64,000 bases of DNA from Flectonema sp. DT1601. Taxonomy: Eukaryota. Below, piece after piece: positions 1 to 10,986 of the stretch. Position numbers and translations under genes: made by a program. The stretch spans positions 930,001 through 994,000 of the forward strand of contig OZ025780.1 in the NCBI GenBank assembly GCA_964019425.1. Reading direction: 5' to 3'. Each line of letters starts with the position of its first letter. Position 1 is the stretch's first letter. The notes below the pieces were generated by a model that was given only the letters and a program-made list of their open reading frames with translations, did no database searches and had not been told where the DNA came from.

Positions 1-3000
1 AAAAAAAATAAAAAGATACCAACAGGTGGGGTGATGGGTTGCGCCACTGCAATCCAGTCACAAAAAGAAACAAAGGTAATCTCAAGGGTTCTCGACCCTT
101 GGCTCTCCCTGCGCAAGCATCGCATGGAGGGTGACGCTAAGCACCCGGGGGGTACGAAACAAACTTTCCCCCTGCTGTCCTGTTTGAAATAAAAAAAAAA
201 AACAAAGGGATAGAAGTAAACAGAATACGTTACACCTCAACAGGTGACGCTAAACACCCAGGGGATACAAACCAAACTTTCCCCCTGTTGCCCTGTTTGA
301 AATAAATTAAAAAAAGAACAAGAAAACAGAATACAATACTCAGCAATCAGACTCGTTCACTCGCTTCGCCAGAGCCGTTCGAGCCGATGCTCATGTAAAG
401 TTACCTGTTTTCTTTTAACAAATTAAATAAAATAAGATAAATAAAAATAAAGAAGCGCAACGGAGAGGAATACATAACACCTCGACTCTTGCGCTAGCAT
501 CGCAAGGGGGGTACCCGGGAGATACAAACCAAACTTTCTCTGGAATACAATACCTAACAATCAGTGCGTTCACTGGCCTTAGGGCTGTTCGGACTTATGC
601 TTTGGACTGTTCCCTTGCAGAAAAAAAAAGTAAAATAAACCAACTTTGGGACATTAGAAAAGCATAAAATAAAAGTTGCTACAACCAAAAGACAACTGCA
701 AAAAAAAAAGGTTTTTGTAGGGGAGCTACAATGTAGCAATAATGTCACACAGTCATGTGGCAAGCTGGATAAGAGATTTGGGAGAGGAATAGGGGCAGTG
801 AACTTTTGGTTCAGGCCCTTCCCATCGAACAGGACGAAGACTTCTAAAACCTGAGATGAACCAATTGAGTTGAAACAAACAAATAACAGAGACGCAACAC
901 ATACCGGAACATCATCGCAAGCAATGCTTCGGACCTCCGTCGACCTTCGTTCTTCCGGCGGCAAAGGGAAACAAGAAAGAACGGGCAATGAGACAAACCT
1001 GTTAGTTGGTGTTGTGTTGTTGTTAAAAACAAAAACATAAACGCCAGGAAGTTCGACAACGAAGACATCGACATCGATCGCTGCTCTGCAGATGTCCGGC
1101 GGGTGTTTGTCTACACTGTGTTTATTGTTTGTTTTTTTCCCAAGGTTCAACCTTGGGAAGAGAAGTAAAAAATTCCGTCAATGTTGGCCTTCCTGTTCGA
1201 AGGTGCGCACCAATGACGATAAATAGAGTGGGGGGGAGAAAACCTTTGATCCAACTGGATCCCTTCACGAGCCGACATTGCCATGTGAAGTTAAATATTC
1301 TGGCGATGCCAGCTCAGGCGACTTAGCCTGCTTTTTTCTTTAAATAAAAAAAATAAAAAGATACCAACAGGTGGGGTGATGGGTTGCGCCACTGCAATCC
1401 AGTCACAAAAAGAAACAAAGGTAATCTCAAGGGTTCTCGACCCTTGGCTCTCCCTGCGCAAGCATCGCATGGAGGGTGACGCTAAGCACCCGGGGGGTAC
1501 GAAACAAACTTTCCCCCTGCTGTCCTGTTTGAAATAAAAAAAAAAAACAAAGGGATAGAAGTAAACAGAATACGTTACACCTCAACAGGTGACGCTAAAC
1601 ACCCAGGGGATACAAACCAAACTTTCCCCCTGTTGCCCTGTTTGAAATAAATTAAAAAAAGAACAAGAAAACAGAATACAATACTCAGCAATCAGACTCG
1701 TTCACTCGCTTCGCCAGAGCCGTTCGAGCCGATGCTCATGTAAAGTTACCTGTTTTCTTTTAACAAATTAAATAAAATAAGATAAATAAAAATAAAGAAG
1801 CGCAACGGAGAGGAATACATAACACCTCGACTCTTGCGCTAGCATCGCAAGGGGGGTACCCGGGAGATACAAACCAAACTTTCTCTGGAATACAATACCT
1901 AACAATCAGTGCGTTCACTGGCCTTAGGGCTGTTCGGACTTATGCTTTGGACTGTTCCCTTGCAGAAAAAAAAAGTAAAATAAACCAACTTTGGGACATT
2001 AGAAAAGCATAAAATAAAAGTTGCTACAACCAAAAGACAACTGCAAAAAAAAAAGGTTTTTGTAGGGGAGCTACAATGTAGCAATAATGTCACACAGTCA
2101 TGTGGCAAGCTGGATAAGAGATTTGGGAGAGGAATAGGGGCAGTGAACTTTTGGTTCAGGCCCTTCCCATCGAACAGGACGAAGACTTCTAAAACCTGAG
2201 ATGAACCAATTGAGTTGAAACAAACAAATAACAGAGACGCAACACATACCGGAACATCATCGCAAGCAATGCTTCGGACCTCCGTCGACCTTCGTTCTTC
2301 CGGCGGCAAAGGGAAACAAGAAAGAACGGGCAATGAGACAAACCTGTTAGTTGGTGTTGTGTTGTTGTTAAAAACAAAAACATAAACGCCAGGAAGTTCG
2401 ACAACGAAGACATCGACATCGATCGCTGCTCTGCAGATGTCCGGCGGGTGTTTGTCTACACTGTGTTTATTGTTTGTTTTTTTCCCAAGGTTCAACCTTG
2501 GGAAGAGAAGTAAAAAATTCCGTCAATGTTGGCCTTCCTGTTCGAAGGTGCGCACCAATGACGATAAATAGAGTGGGGGGGAGAAAACCTTTGATCCAAC
2601 TGGATCCCTTCACGAGCCGACATTGCCATGTGAAGTTAAATATTCTGGCGATGCCAGCTCAGGCGACTTAGCCTGCTTTTTTCTTTAAATAAAAAAAATA
2701 AAAAGATACCAACAGGTGGGGTGATGGGTTGCGCCACTGCAATCCAGTCACAAAAAGAAACAAAGGTAATCTCAAGGGTTCTCGACCCTTGGCTCTCCCT
2801 GCGCAAGCATCGCATGGAGGGTGACGCTAAGCACCCGGGGGGTACGAAACAAACTTTCCCCCTGCTGTCCTGTTTGAAATAAAAAAAAAAAACAAAGGGA
2901 TAGAAGTAAACAGAATACGTTACACCTCAACAGGTGACGCTAAACACCCAGGGGATACAAACCAAACTTTCCCCCTGTTGCCCTGTTTGAAATAAATTAA

Positions 3001-3360
3001 AAAAAGAACAAGAAAACAGAATACAATACTCAGCAATCAGACTCGTTCACTCGCTTCGCCAGAGCCGTTCGAGCCGATGCTCATGTAAAGTTACCTGTTT
3101 TCTTTTAACAAATTAAATAAAATAAGATAAATAAAAATAAAGAAGCGCAACGGAGAGGAATACATAACACCTCGACTCTTGCGCTAGCATCGCAAGGGGG
3201 GTACCCGGGAGATACAAACCAAACTTTCTCTGGAATACAATACCTAACAATCAGTGCGTTCACTGGCCTTAGGGCTGTTCGGACTTATGCTTTGGACTGT
3301 TCCCTTGCAGAAAAAAAAAGTAAAATAAACCAACTTTGGGACATTAGAAAAGCATAAAAT
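1..3360 (-). repeat. Family B tandem repeat, 1345-bp unit, ~2.5 copies (continues off the left edge; interrupted at 3360 and resumes at 11181)
   Basis: Identical ORFs recur at 554/1899 and 1129/2474 (period 1345). The unit sequence ...AGCATAAAAT|AAAAGTTGCTAC is broken at 3360. Strand assigned from intron-like segments and hairpin orientation. Confidence 0.95.
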
Positions 3361-5010
3361 GCAAGTTTTATAAAAGATGGTAAAGAAATCTTCCCTGTGG
3401 AAGAAGTCAAAATCCACAAAGTAACAAAACTGAAAACGATCGAAAAGCTCACCATTGAAAGATCGTGGCTTGAGAAATGTTTTATCTGGCAAACTTGTTA
3501 CGCATCGGCTCTTTCTATTCTACTTATTGCCAATGGTTCTTCCTCCCCGGCCCCTTCTGTTTTGTTAGATGAGGATGAGCTCACTGGACTCTCCTTGTCA
3601 TTCTCTTCTATTTCTTCCATCTCTTTCCAGACTCCCCCACCTGAACTCATGTCAACGGGATCGCAAACACTTCCTGCTGATTTCGCTATAGTGATAAGAA
3701 CTCAATCTGACATGGGTTCTCAAACCCCCTTGTACAAAAAAAAAGAAGGAAAATTAAGGCTGAAACTTTCCTTGAAATGCCAGATTTTAGAAAACGAATT
3801 AGAGCAAATGAAAGAACGAATTTTTTATGTTCTATTTTTATTTTACTTTAATGCGATGTCAGCCTCCCTCGAGAAAGACAAGCAGTTACTAAATGGATTA
3901 CCTGTTGAGATCAAAGCTACCAACCAGGATCCATCCTCACTTCCTCCTGCGCCCCCTGTTTTAATTATTGAAAAAGATAGAAAAGAATATGAACTTCTGG
4001 AAGGAGTAATTCAACGGTTAACAGCAGAACGCGATGAATCGAAGACTTCTCTTTCTGCACTAGTTCGACAATATGACTTAGTGGAAGATTACAGGAAACG
4101 TGAGCTCGCAAATCTGACTCAGAGAGCAGACCTATCGGAAATGGCGCTCTTTAATTACCATCAAAGGTTTGTTCTTCTGTCGAACGAATTGGAGACCAAA
4201 TGTAATGAGGAAAGAGAAAGTAAAATAAGACTTTTCTATACTCAACAGGAGGTCGAGAGTTTGCGTGCCGCGCGTCCCCGTATGACCCACTTTAGTCAAC
4301 AAGTTTCCCCCCGAACCCCCGTTCTATATGAATCTGTTGCTATGATGAAGATAGCAAAGAACTACCTCTCGCTCTTTACAACTACGAGTAGTCTTTTTAC
4401 TCCTCTTATTAAACCCCTTATCCCTACCCTTAATTATATCACCCCTCTTTGTCCTCTAGCCTCAATTCCTCCGACAATGCCGCAGAGTGAAGCTCTCGAC
4501 CGCACGCCGACCAAGATTTTACGACAAGAGAGTCACGTTATCTCCGTTAAAGAGAATACACCTATTGCGAGACAATGGTCCGAGGGTAGGATTGACTTAC
4601 TCGAGAATTACTGTCGAGCAGTAGATGACTCTCTCGAAACAAACGAGAAAGCGGCAGAGCTCTCAGAACAACTTCTGGATGCCCAACTTCGCCTCTCGGA
4701 GCTGAATCACCAACGGTGTACAACTCACGCAGAGCAGCTTGAGCAATCCATGATGTTAACGGGACTGGCGAGCGATTTAAATGCTCAACTCGCCTTGGCA
4801 CGGTCTCAAATTGCGGCCCTGAAGTTCCAATTAGCTTCATGGGCAGAAGGTTTGAGTCCGCCAGACACAGAAGAACATGAGGAAAATGAAACTCCGCCGA
4901 GAAAGTCTGAGCGTTCAACTCTGAAAAAACGAACCCCTCCATCAAGATATCGTTACAATCGAAGGAGATGTTCTGCTGATGACGTTCACGGTGACTCCAC
5001 CCCCTTGTAA
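3361..5010 (+). CDS. Family A-encoded coiled-coil-rich protein of unknown function, 5'-truncated
   Basis: 537-aa ORF from GTG 3397; the frame is open back to the insertion junction at 3361. Heptad-like E/L/Q-rich segments and a basic, TP-rich C-terminus. A diverged homolog of the C-terminus lies at ~29350-29485 (-). Confidence 0.6.
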   Translation, partial: ASFIKDGKEIFPVEEVKIHKVTKLKTIEKLTIERSWLEKCFIWQTCYASALSILLIANGSSSPAPSVLLDEDELTGLSLSFSSISSISFQTPPPELMSTGSQTLPADFAIVIRTQSDMGSQTPLYKKKEGKLRLKLSLKCQILENELEQMKERIFYVLFLFYFNAMSASLEKDKQLLNGLPVEIKATNQDPSSLPPAPPVLIIEKDRKEYELLEGVIQRLTAERDESKTSLSALVRQYDLVEDYRKRELANLTQRADLSEMALFNYHQRFVLLSNELETKCNEERESKIRLFYTQQEVESLRAARPRMTHFSQQVSPRTPVLYESVAMMKIAKNYLSLFTTTSSLFTPLIKPLIPTLNYITPLCPLASIPPTMPQSEALDRTPTKILRQESHVISVKENTPIARQWSEGRIDLLENYCRAVDDSLETNEKAAELSEQLLDAQLRLSELNHQRCTTHAEQLEQSMMLTGLASDLNAQLALARSQIAALKFQLASWAEGLSPPDTEEHEENETPPRKSERSTLKKRTPPSRYRYNRRRCSADDVHGDSTPL

Positions 5011-5504
5011 TTCTCTTTTCCTTACTTTCACATCACTTTGTTTATTTAGTTTTTTAGCTTATTTATTATTTATTGTTCGTTTTTGTTTGTATTATTTTAT
5101 CGATATGTTTATGTCCGTCAGATCATAACGTTAATCAGGTTAATTGTTAATTGTTAATTATAAATGGTCTAAACCCCAATCCAAGTTCCCAAGGCTTGGC
5201 ATAGATTTGAGTGACGCCTTACTGGCCTCCTCATCCTCTATGAGTGGTGAGGGGGCCAGCAATGGTTTTTTTTTTTTTTTTTTTTTCTCTTATTTCTTTT
5301 TTTCTTTTTCTTTTACTCTAATATGAAATATTTTTGAACAAAATGTGATTATTAATTTAAAAAAAAAAAAAAAAATAATAATGTAAATGAATAATAAAAA
5401 AAAAAAAAAAAAAAACATGCCTTGGGAATACAATCAAAGCCCCAATTAATCGGTCCTTTCTTTTTCCTTCTTGTCAAGTGATCGCTCCACTCGTCGATCA
5501 CCAA

Positions 5505-6345
5505 AACCGATTGTATTTATATCTGTTCTTTTCTCAACGATCGGCTATACCGACCATTTTTTTTTATAAATAATTGTTTTCTTCTTCTCGACGATCAGAT
5601 CCAATTGATCGACCTTTTTTTTTTTTTTTTTTCCTTTATTCCTTCCATCCCTCCCGCTCCCCTAATTTTAAAAAAAACAAGATCAGCTCAGCTTGATCGT
5701 TAATCTTTTTTTCTTTTTTTAATTTAAACTGATTGTATTTATATCTGTTTATTTTTCTCGACGATCGGCTATACCGATCAACCTTTAAAATAATTTCTTC
5801 TTCTCGACGATCAGATCCAATTGATCAACCTTTTCTTTTTTTTTTTCCTCTATTCCTTCCATCCCTCCCGCTCCCCTATTTGTAATAAAAACAAGATCAG
5901 CTCAGCTTGATCGTTAATCTTTTTTTCTTTTTTTAATTTAAACTGATTGTATTTATATCTGTTTATTTTTCTCAACGATCGGCTATACCGATCAACCTTT
6001 AAAATAATTTCTTCTTCTCGACGATCAGATCCAATTGATCAACCTTTTCTTTTTTTTTCCTCTATTCCTTCCATCCCTCCCGCTCCCCTATTTGTAATAA
6101 AAACAAGATCAGCTCAGCTTGATCGTTAATCTTTTTTTCTTTTTTTAATTTAAACTGATTGTATTTATATCTGTTTATTTTTCTCAACGATCGGCTATAC
6201 CGATCAACCTTTAAAATAATTTCTTCTTCTCGACGATCAGATCCAATTGATCAACCTTTTCTTTTTTTTTCCTCTATTCCTTCCATCCCTCCCGCTCCCC
6301 TATTTGTAATAAAAACAAGATCAGCTCAGCTTGATCGTTAATTTT
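5505..6345 (+). repeat. ~212-bp tandem repeat (4 copies) inside family A
   Basis: Units start AAAC(T/C)GATTGTATTTATATC at ~5505, 5726, 5940, 6152; identical ORFs at 5947/6159. Only two copies in the element copy at ~24797-25220. Confidence 0.9.
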
Positions 6346-6670
6346 TTTTTCTTTCTTTTTTGTTGGTCCTAGTCAAGACCTTAAACTGACTAACCGGTCT
6401 TAATTTTAAATAAGTGTTAACCTAGTTTCTCTTTTCCTTTTCAATTTCCTTTTAATACTCTCTATCTGGTCTGTTATGTCATATTTCTCATTTAATTTTA
6501 TCATCCATTTTACTTTTCACTGTTTCCCATCTACATTTTATTTTCAAATAGTTACGGTCTGTTAAAAAAAAAAAAAAAAAGTTTAAATAAGTTAAATTGA
6601 ACATGTTAACTCAATTCCTCAATTCTTCCGTCATGGTCATGACATTCTTTTTCGCTTCTCTAATGCACAA

Positions 6671-6765
6671 GAGATACCATCACTCATGAGATACCAACGC
6701 ACATACGAGATACCAGCACTCCAGAGATACCGACACGCTAGAGATACCAAGTCACTTGAGATACC
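6671..6765 (+). repeat. Six GAGATACC direct repeats with 9-11-nt variable spacers (iteron-like)
   Basis: GAGATACC at 6671, 6688, 6707, 6724, 6741, 6758; also at 17445-17539 and, diverged, at 25507-25601. Confidence 0.9.
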
Positions 6766-7007
6766 TCCTTGTAAATTAATTCCCGGTATTTCAAATTTGA
6801 ATTGATAGTGTCAACTCTGCTTGCTGCTCTTGTTAATGTGTTGTCTCCTGAAAGTGATCTTAACTCCTGTAAAAAGAAAAAAAAAAAGAAATCAAAAAAG
6901 AAGAATTTTCAAACGAAGTTATAACAACCCCTACCACCCATTATGATCAATTCCGCTTGTTTTTTTTTTTTTTTTAAAACAAAAAAAAAAATAAAAAATT
7001 ATAAAAG

Positions 7008-8504
7008 ATTAAACAATGTTATCATTGTATTTTTATCGATCGACTATGTCGATTACTTTCTATTTTCCGTCCTGGTCAAGACGCTAAACTGATTGTTTTT
7101 TTTTTTTTTTTCAAAATTAATAAAAAAGAATATAAAAAAAAAAATAAAAAAAAGAATAAACAATGTTATCATTGTTTTTTTATCGTTCGACTTTGTCGAC
7201 TAATTTCTATTTTCCGTTTTTCTTCTTAAAAAATAAATAAAAAGAATTTAAAAAAAAAAAAAAAAAAAGAATAAACAATGTTATCATTGTTTTTTTATCG
7301 ATCGACTATGTCGATTACTTTCTATTTTCCGTCCTGGTCAAGACGCTAAACTGATTGGTTTTTTTTTTTTTTTCAAAATTAATAAAAAAGAATAAAAAAA
7401 AAAAATAAAAAAAAGAATAAACAATGTTATCATTGTTTTTTTATCGTTCGACTTTGTCGACTAATTTCTATTTTCCGTTTTTTTTTCTTAAAAAATAAAT
7501 AAAAAGAATTTAAAAAAAAAAAAAAAAAAAAAAGAATAAACAATGTTATCATTGTTTTTTTATCGATCGACTTTGTCGACTAATTTCTATTTTCCGTCCT
7601 GGTCAAGACGCTAAACTGATTGTTTTTTCTAAATAAATAAAAAGAATAAAAAAAAAAAAAAAAAAAAAAAGATTAAACAATGTTATCATTGTTTTTTTTA
7701 TCGATCGACTATGTCGATTACTTTCTATTTTCCGTCCTGGTCAGGACGCTAAACTGATTGTTTTTTCTTTAAAAAATAAATAAAAAGAATAAAAAAAAAA
7801 AAAAAAAAAAAAAAAAAAGAATAAACAATGTTATCATTGTTTTGTTATCGATCGACTTTGTCGACTAATTTCTATTTTCCGTCCTGGTCAAGACGCTAAA
7901 CTGATGTTTTTTCTTTAAAAAATAAATAAAAAGAATTAAAAAAAAAAAAAAAAAAAAAAAAAAGAATAAACAATGTTATCATTGTTTTTTTATCGATCGA
8001 CTATGTCGATCACTTTCTATTTCCCGTCCTGGTCAGGACGCTAAACTGATTGTTTTTTCTTTAAAAATAAATAAAAAGAATAAAAAAAAAAAAAAAAGGA
8101 ATAAACAATGTTATCATTGTTTTTATTTTATCGATCGACTATGTCGATTACTTTCTATTTTCCGTCCTGGTCAAGACGCTAAACTGATTGTTTTTTCTTT
8201 AAAAAATAAAAAGAAGGATTTAAAAAAAAAAAAAAAAAAAAAAAGAATAAACAATGTTATCATTGTTTTTTTATCGATCGACTATGTCGATCACTTTCTA
8301 TTTTTCGTCCTGGTCAAGACGCTAAACTGATTGTTTTTTCTTTAAAAATAATAAAAAGGATTTAAAAAAAAAAAAAAAAAAAAAAAAAGAATAAACAATG
8401 TTATCATTGTTTTATTTTATCGATCGACTATGTCGATCACTTTCTATTTTTCGTCCTGGTCAAGACGCTAAACTGATTGTTTTTTCTTTAAAAATAATAA
8501 AAAG

Positions 8505-8552
<48 letters not shown>

Positions 8553-8921
8553 ATAAACAATGTTATCATTGTTTTTTTATCGATCGACTATGTCGATCAC
8601 TTTCTATTTTCCGTCCTGGTCAAGACGCAAAACTGATTGTTTTTTTTCAAAATTAATAAAAAAGAATACAAAAAAAAATAAAAAAAAAAGAATAAACAAT
8701 GTTATCATTGTTTTTTTTTATCGTTCGACGTTGTTGACTAATTTCTAGTTTCCGTTTTTTTTTTTTCTTTTTAAAAAATAAATAAAAAGATTTAAAAAAA
8801 AAAAAAAAGAATAAACAATGTTATCATTGTTTTTTTTATCGATCGACTATGTCGATTACTTTCTATTTTCCGTCCTGGTCAAGACGCTAAACTGATTGTT
8901 TTTTCTTTAAAAAAAAAAAAG

Positions 8922-8956
<35 letters not shown>

Positions 8957-9734
8957 TAAACAATGTTATCATTGTTTTTTTTTATCGATCGACTATGTCG
9001 ATCACTTTCTATTTTCCGTCCTGGTCAAGACGCTAAACTGATTGTTTTTTTTTCAAAATTAATAAAAAAGAATATAAAAAAAAAAAATAAAAAAAAAAAA
9101 GAATAAACAATGTTATCATTGTTTTTTTTTTATCGTTCGACTTTGTCGACTAATTTCTATTTTCCGTTTTTTTTCTTTTTAAAATAAAAAGAATTTAAAA
9201 AAAAAAAAAAAAAAAGAGTAAACAATGTTATCATTGTTTTTTTTTATCGATCGACTATGTCGATTACTTTCTATTTTCCGTCCTAGTCAAGACGCTAAAC
9301 TGATTGTTTTTTTTTTCAAAATTAATAAAAAAGAATAAAAAAAAACAAAAAAAAAAAGAATAAACAATGTTATCATTGTTTTTTTTTTATCGTTCGACTT
9401 TGTCGACTAATTTTTATTTTCCGTTTTTTTTTCTTTAAAAATAAATAAAAAGAATTTAAAAAAAAAAAAAAAAAAAGAATAAACAATGTTATCATTGTTT
9501 TTTTATCGATCGACTATGTCGATCACTTTCTATTTTCCGTCCTGGTCAAGGCGCTAAACTGATTGTTTTTTCTTTAAAATAATAAAAAGGATTAAAAAAA
9601 AAAAAAAAAAAAAAAAAGAATAAACAATGTTATCATTGTTTTTTATCGATCGACTATGTCGATCACTTTCTATTTTCCGTCCTGGTCAAGACGCTAAACT
9701 GATTGTTTTTTCTTTAAAAAATAATTAAAAGGTT

Positions 9735-9765
<31 letters not shown>

Positions 9766-10770
9766 AGAATAAACAATGTTATCATTGTTTTTTTATCGAT
9801 CGACTATGTCGATCACTTTCAATTTTCCGTCCTGGTCAGGACGCTAAACTGATTGTTTTTTCTTTAAAAATAAATAAAAAGAATAAAAAAAAAAAAAAAA
9901 AAAAAGGAATAAACAATGTTATCATTGTTTTTTTTTTATCGATCGACTATGTCGATTACTTTCTATTTTCCGCCCTGGTCAAGACGCTAAACTGATTGTT
10001 TTTCTTTAAAATAATTAAAAGGATTTAAAAAAAAAAAAAAAAAAAAAAAAGAATAAACAATGTTATCATTGTTTTTTTTCTATCGATCGACTATGTCGAT
10101 CACTTTCAATTTTCCGTCCTGGTCAGGACGCTAAACTGATTGTTTTTTCTTTAAAAATAAATAAAAAGAATAAAAAAAAAAAAAAAAAAAAAAGGAATAA
10201 ACAATGTTATCATTGTTTTTTTTCTATCGATCGACTATGTCGATCACTTTCAATTTTCCGTCCTGGTCAGGACGCTAAACTGATTGTTTTTTCTTTAAAA
10301 ATAAATAAAAAGAATAAAAAAAAAAAAAAAAAAAAAAGGAATAAACAATGTTATCATTGTTTTTTTTCTATCGATCGACTATGTCGATCACTTTCAATTT
10401 TCCGTCCTGGTCAGGACGCTAAACTGATTGTTTTTTCTTTAAAAATAAATAAAAAGAATAAAAAAAAAAAAAAAAAAAAAAGGAATAAACAATGTTATCA
10501 TTGTTTTTTTTCTATCGATCGACTATGTCGATCACTTTCAATTTTCCGTCCTGGTCAGGACGCTAAACTGATTGTTTTTTCTTTAAAAATAAATAAAAAG
10601 AATAAAAAAAAAAAAAAAAAAAAAAGGAATAAACAATGTTATCATTGTTTTTTTTCTATCGATCGACTATGTCGATTAATTTCTATTTTCCGTCCTGATC
10701 GAGACGCTAAACTGATTGTTTCTTTTTTTAAATAATAAATAAAAAAAAAAAGAAAAAAAAAAAAAAAAAA
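7008..10770 (+). repeat. Satellite array of family A, ~120-bp long and ~90-bp short units separated by T-tract/A-tract linkers
   Basis: Core AATAAACAATGTTATCATTG(T)nATCGATCGACTATGTCGATTACTTTCTATTTTCCGTCCTGGTCAAGACGCTAAACTGATTG repeated roughly 30 times. Confidence 0.97.
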
Positions 10771-10955
10771 AGAGCATCTCCCTGCTATCCTCATATCCCC
10801 ACAATAATATTATACCTTTTCATTTTCTCTTTCCTTTTCTGGTCTTTTTTTTTTCTTTTTTTCCTTTTTCATACAACGTTTTTTATTTATATTTTATTTT
10901 TTTTTTTTTTTTTTCATGTTTGATTATTTCCTCTTCATATTTTTTTTCTATTCTT

Positions 10956-10986
<31 letters not shown>

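Noticed and set aside
554..1150. 198-aa ORF of family B as a real protein
   Set aside because: Non-ATG start, reads through intron-like low-complexity segments, has different C-termini in different copies, and shows no recognisable motif.
5169..5177. CTAAACCCC as a telomerase-like template or telomeric seed
   Set aside because: It is a single short match per motif copy, and no telomeric repeat tract appears in the window.
6671..6765. Mini-CRISPR interpretation of the GAGATACC array
   Set aside because: Repeat (8 nt) and spacers (9-11 nt) are too short, and the spacers resemble each other.
7008..10770. CRISPR array (palindromic repeats with spacers)
   Set aside because: Linkers are T/A homopolymers, not unique spacers; there are no cas genes and the context is eukaryotic.
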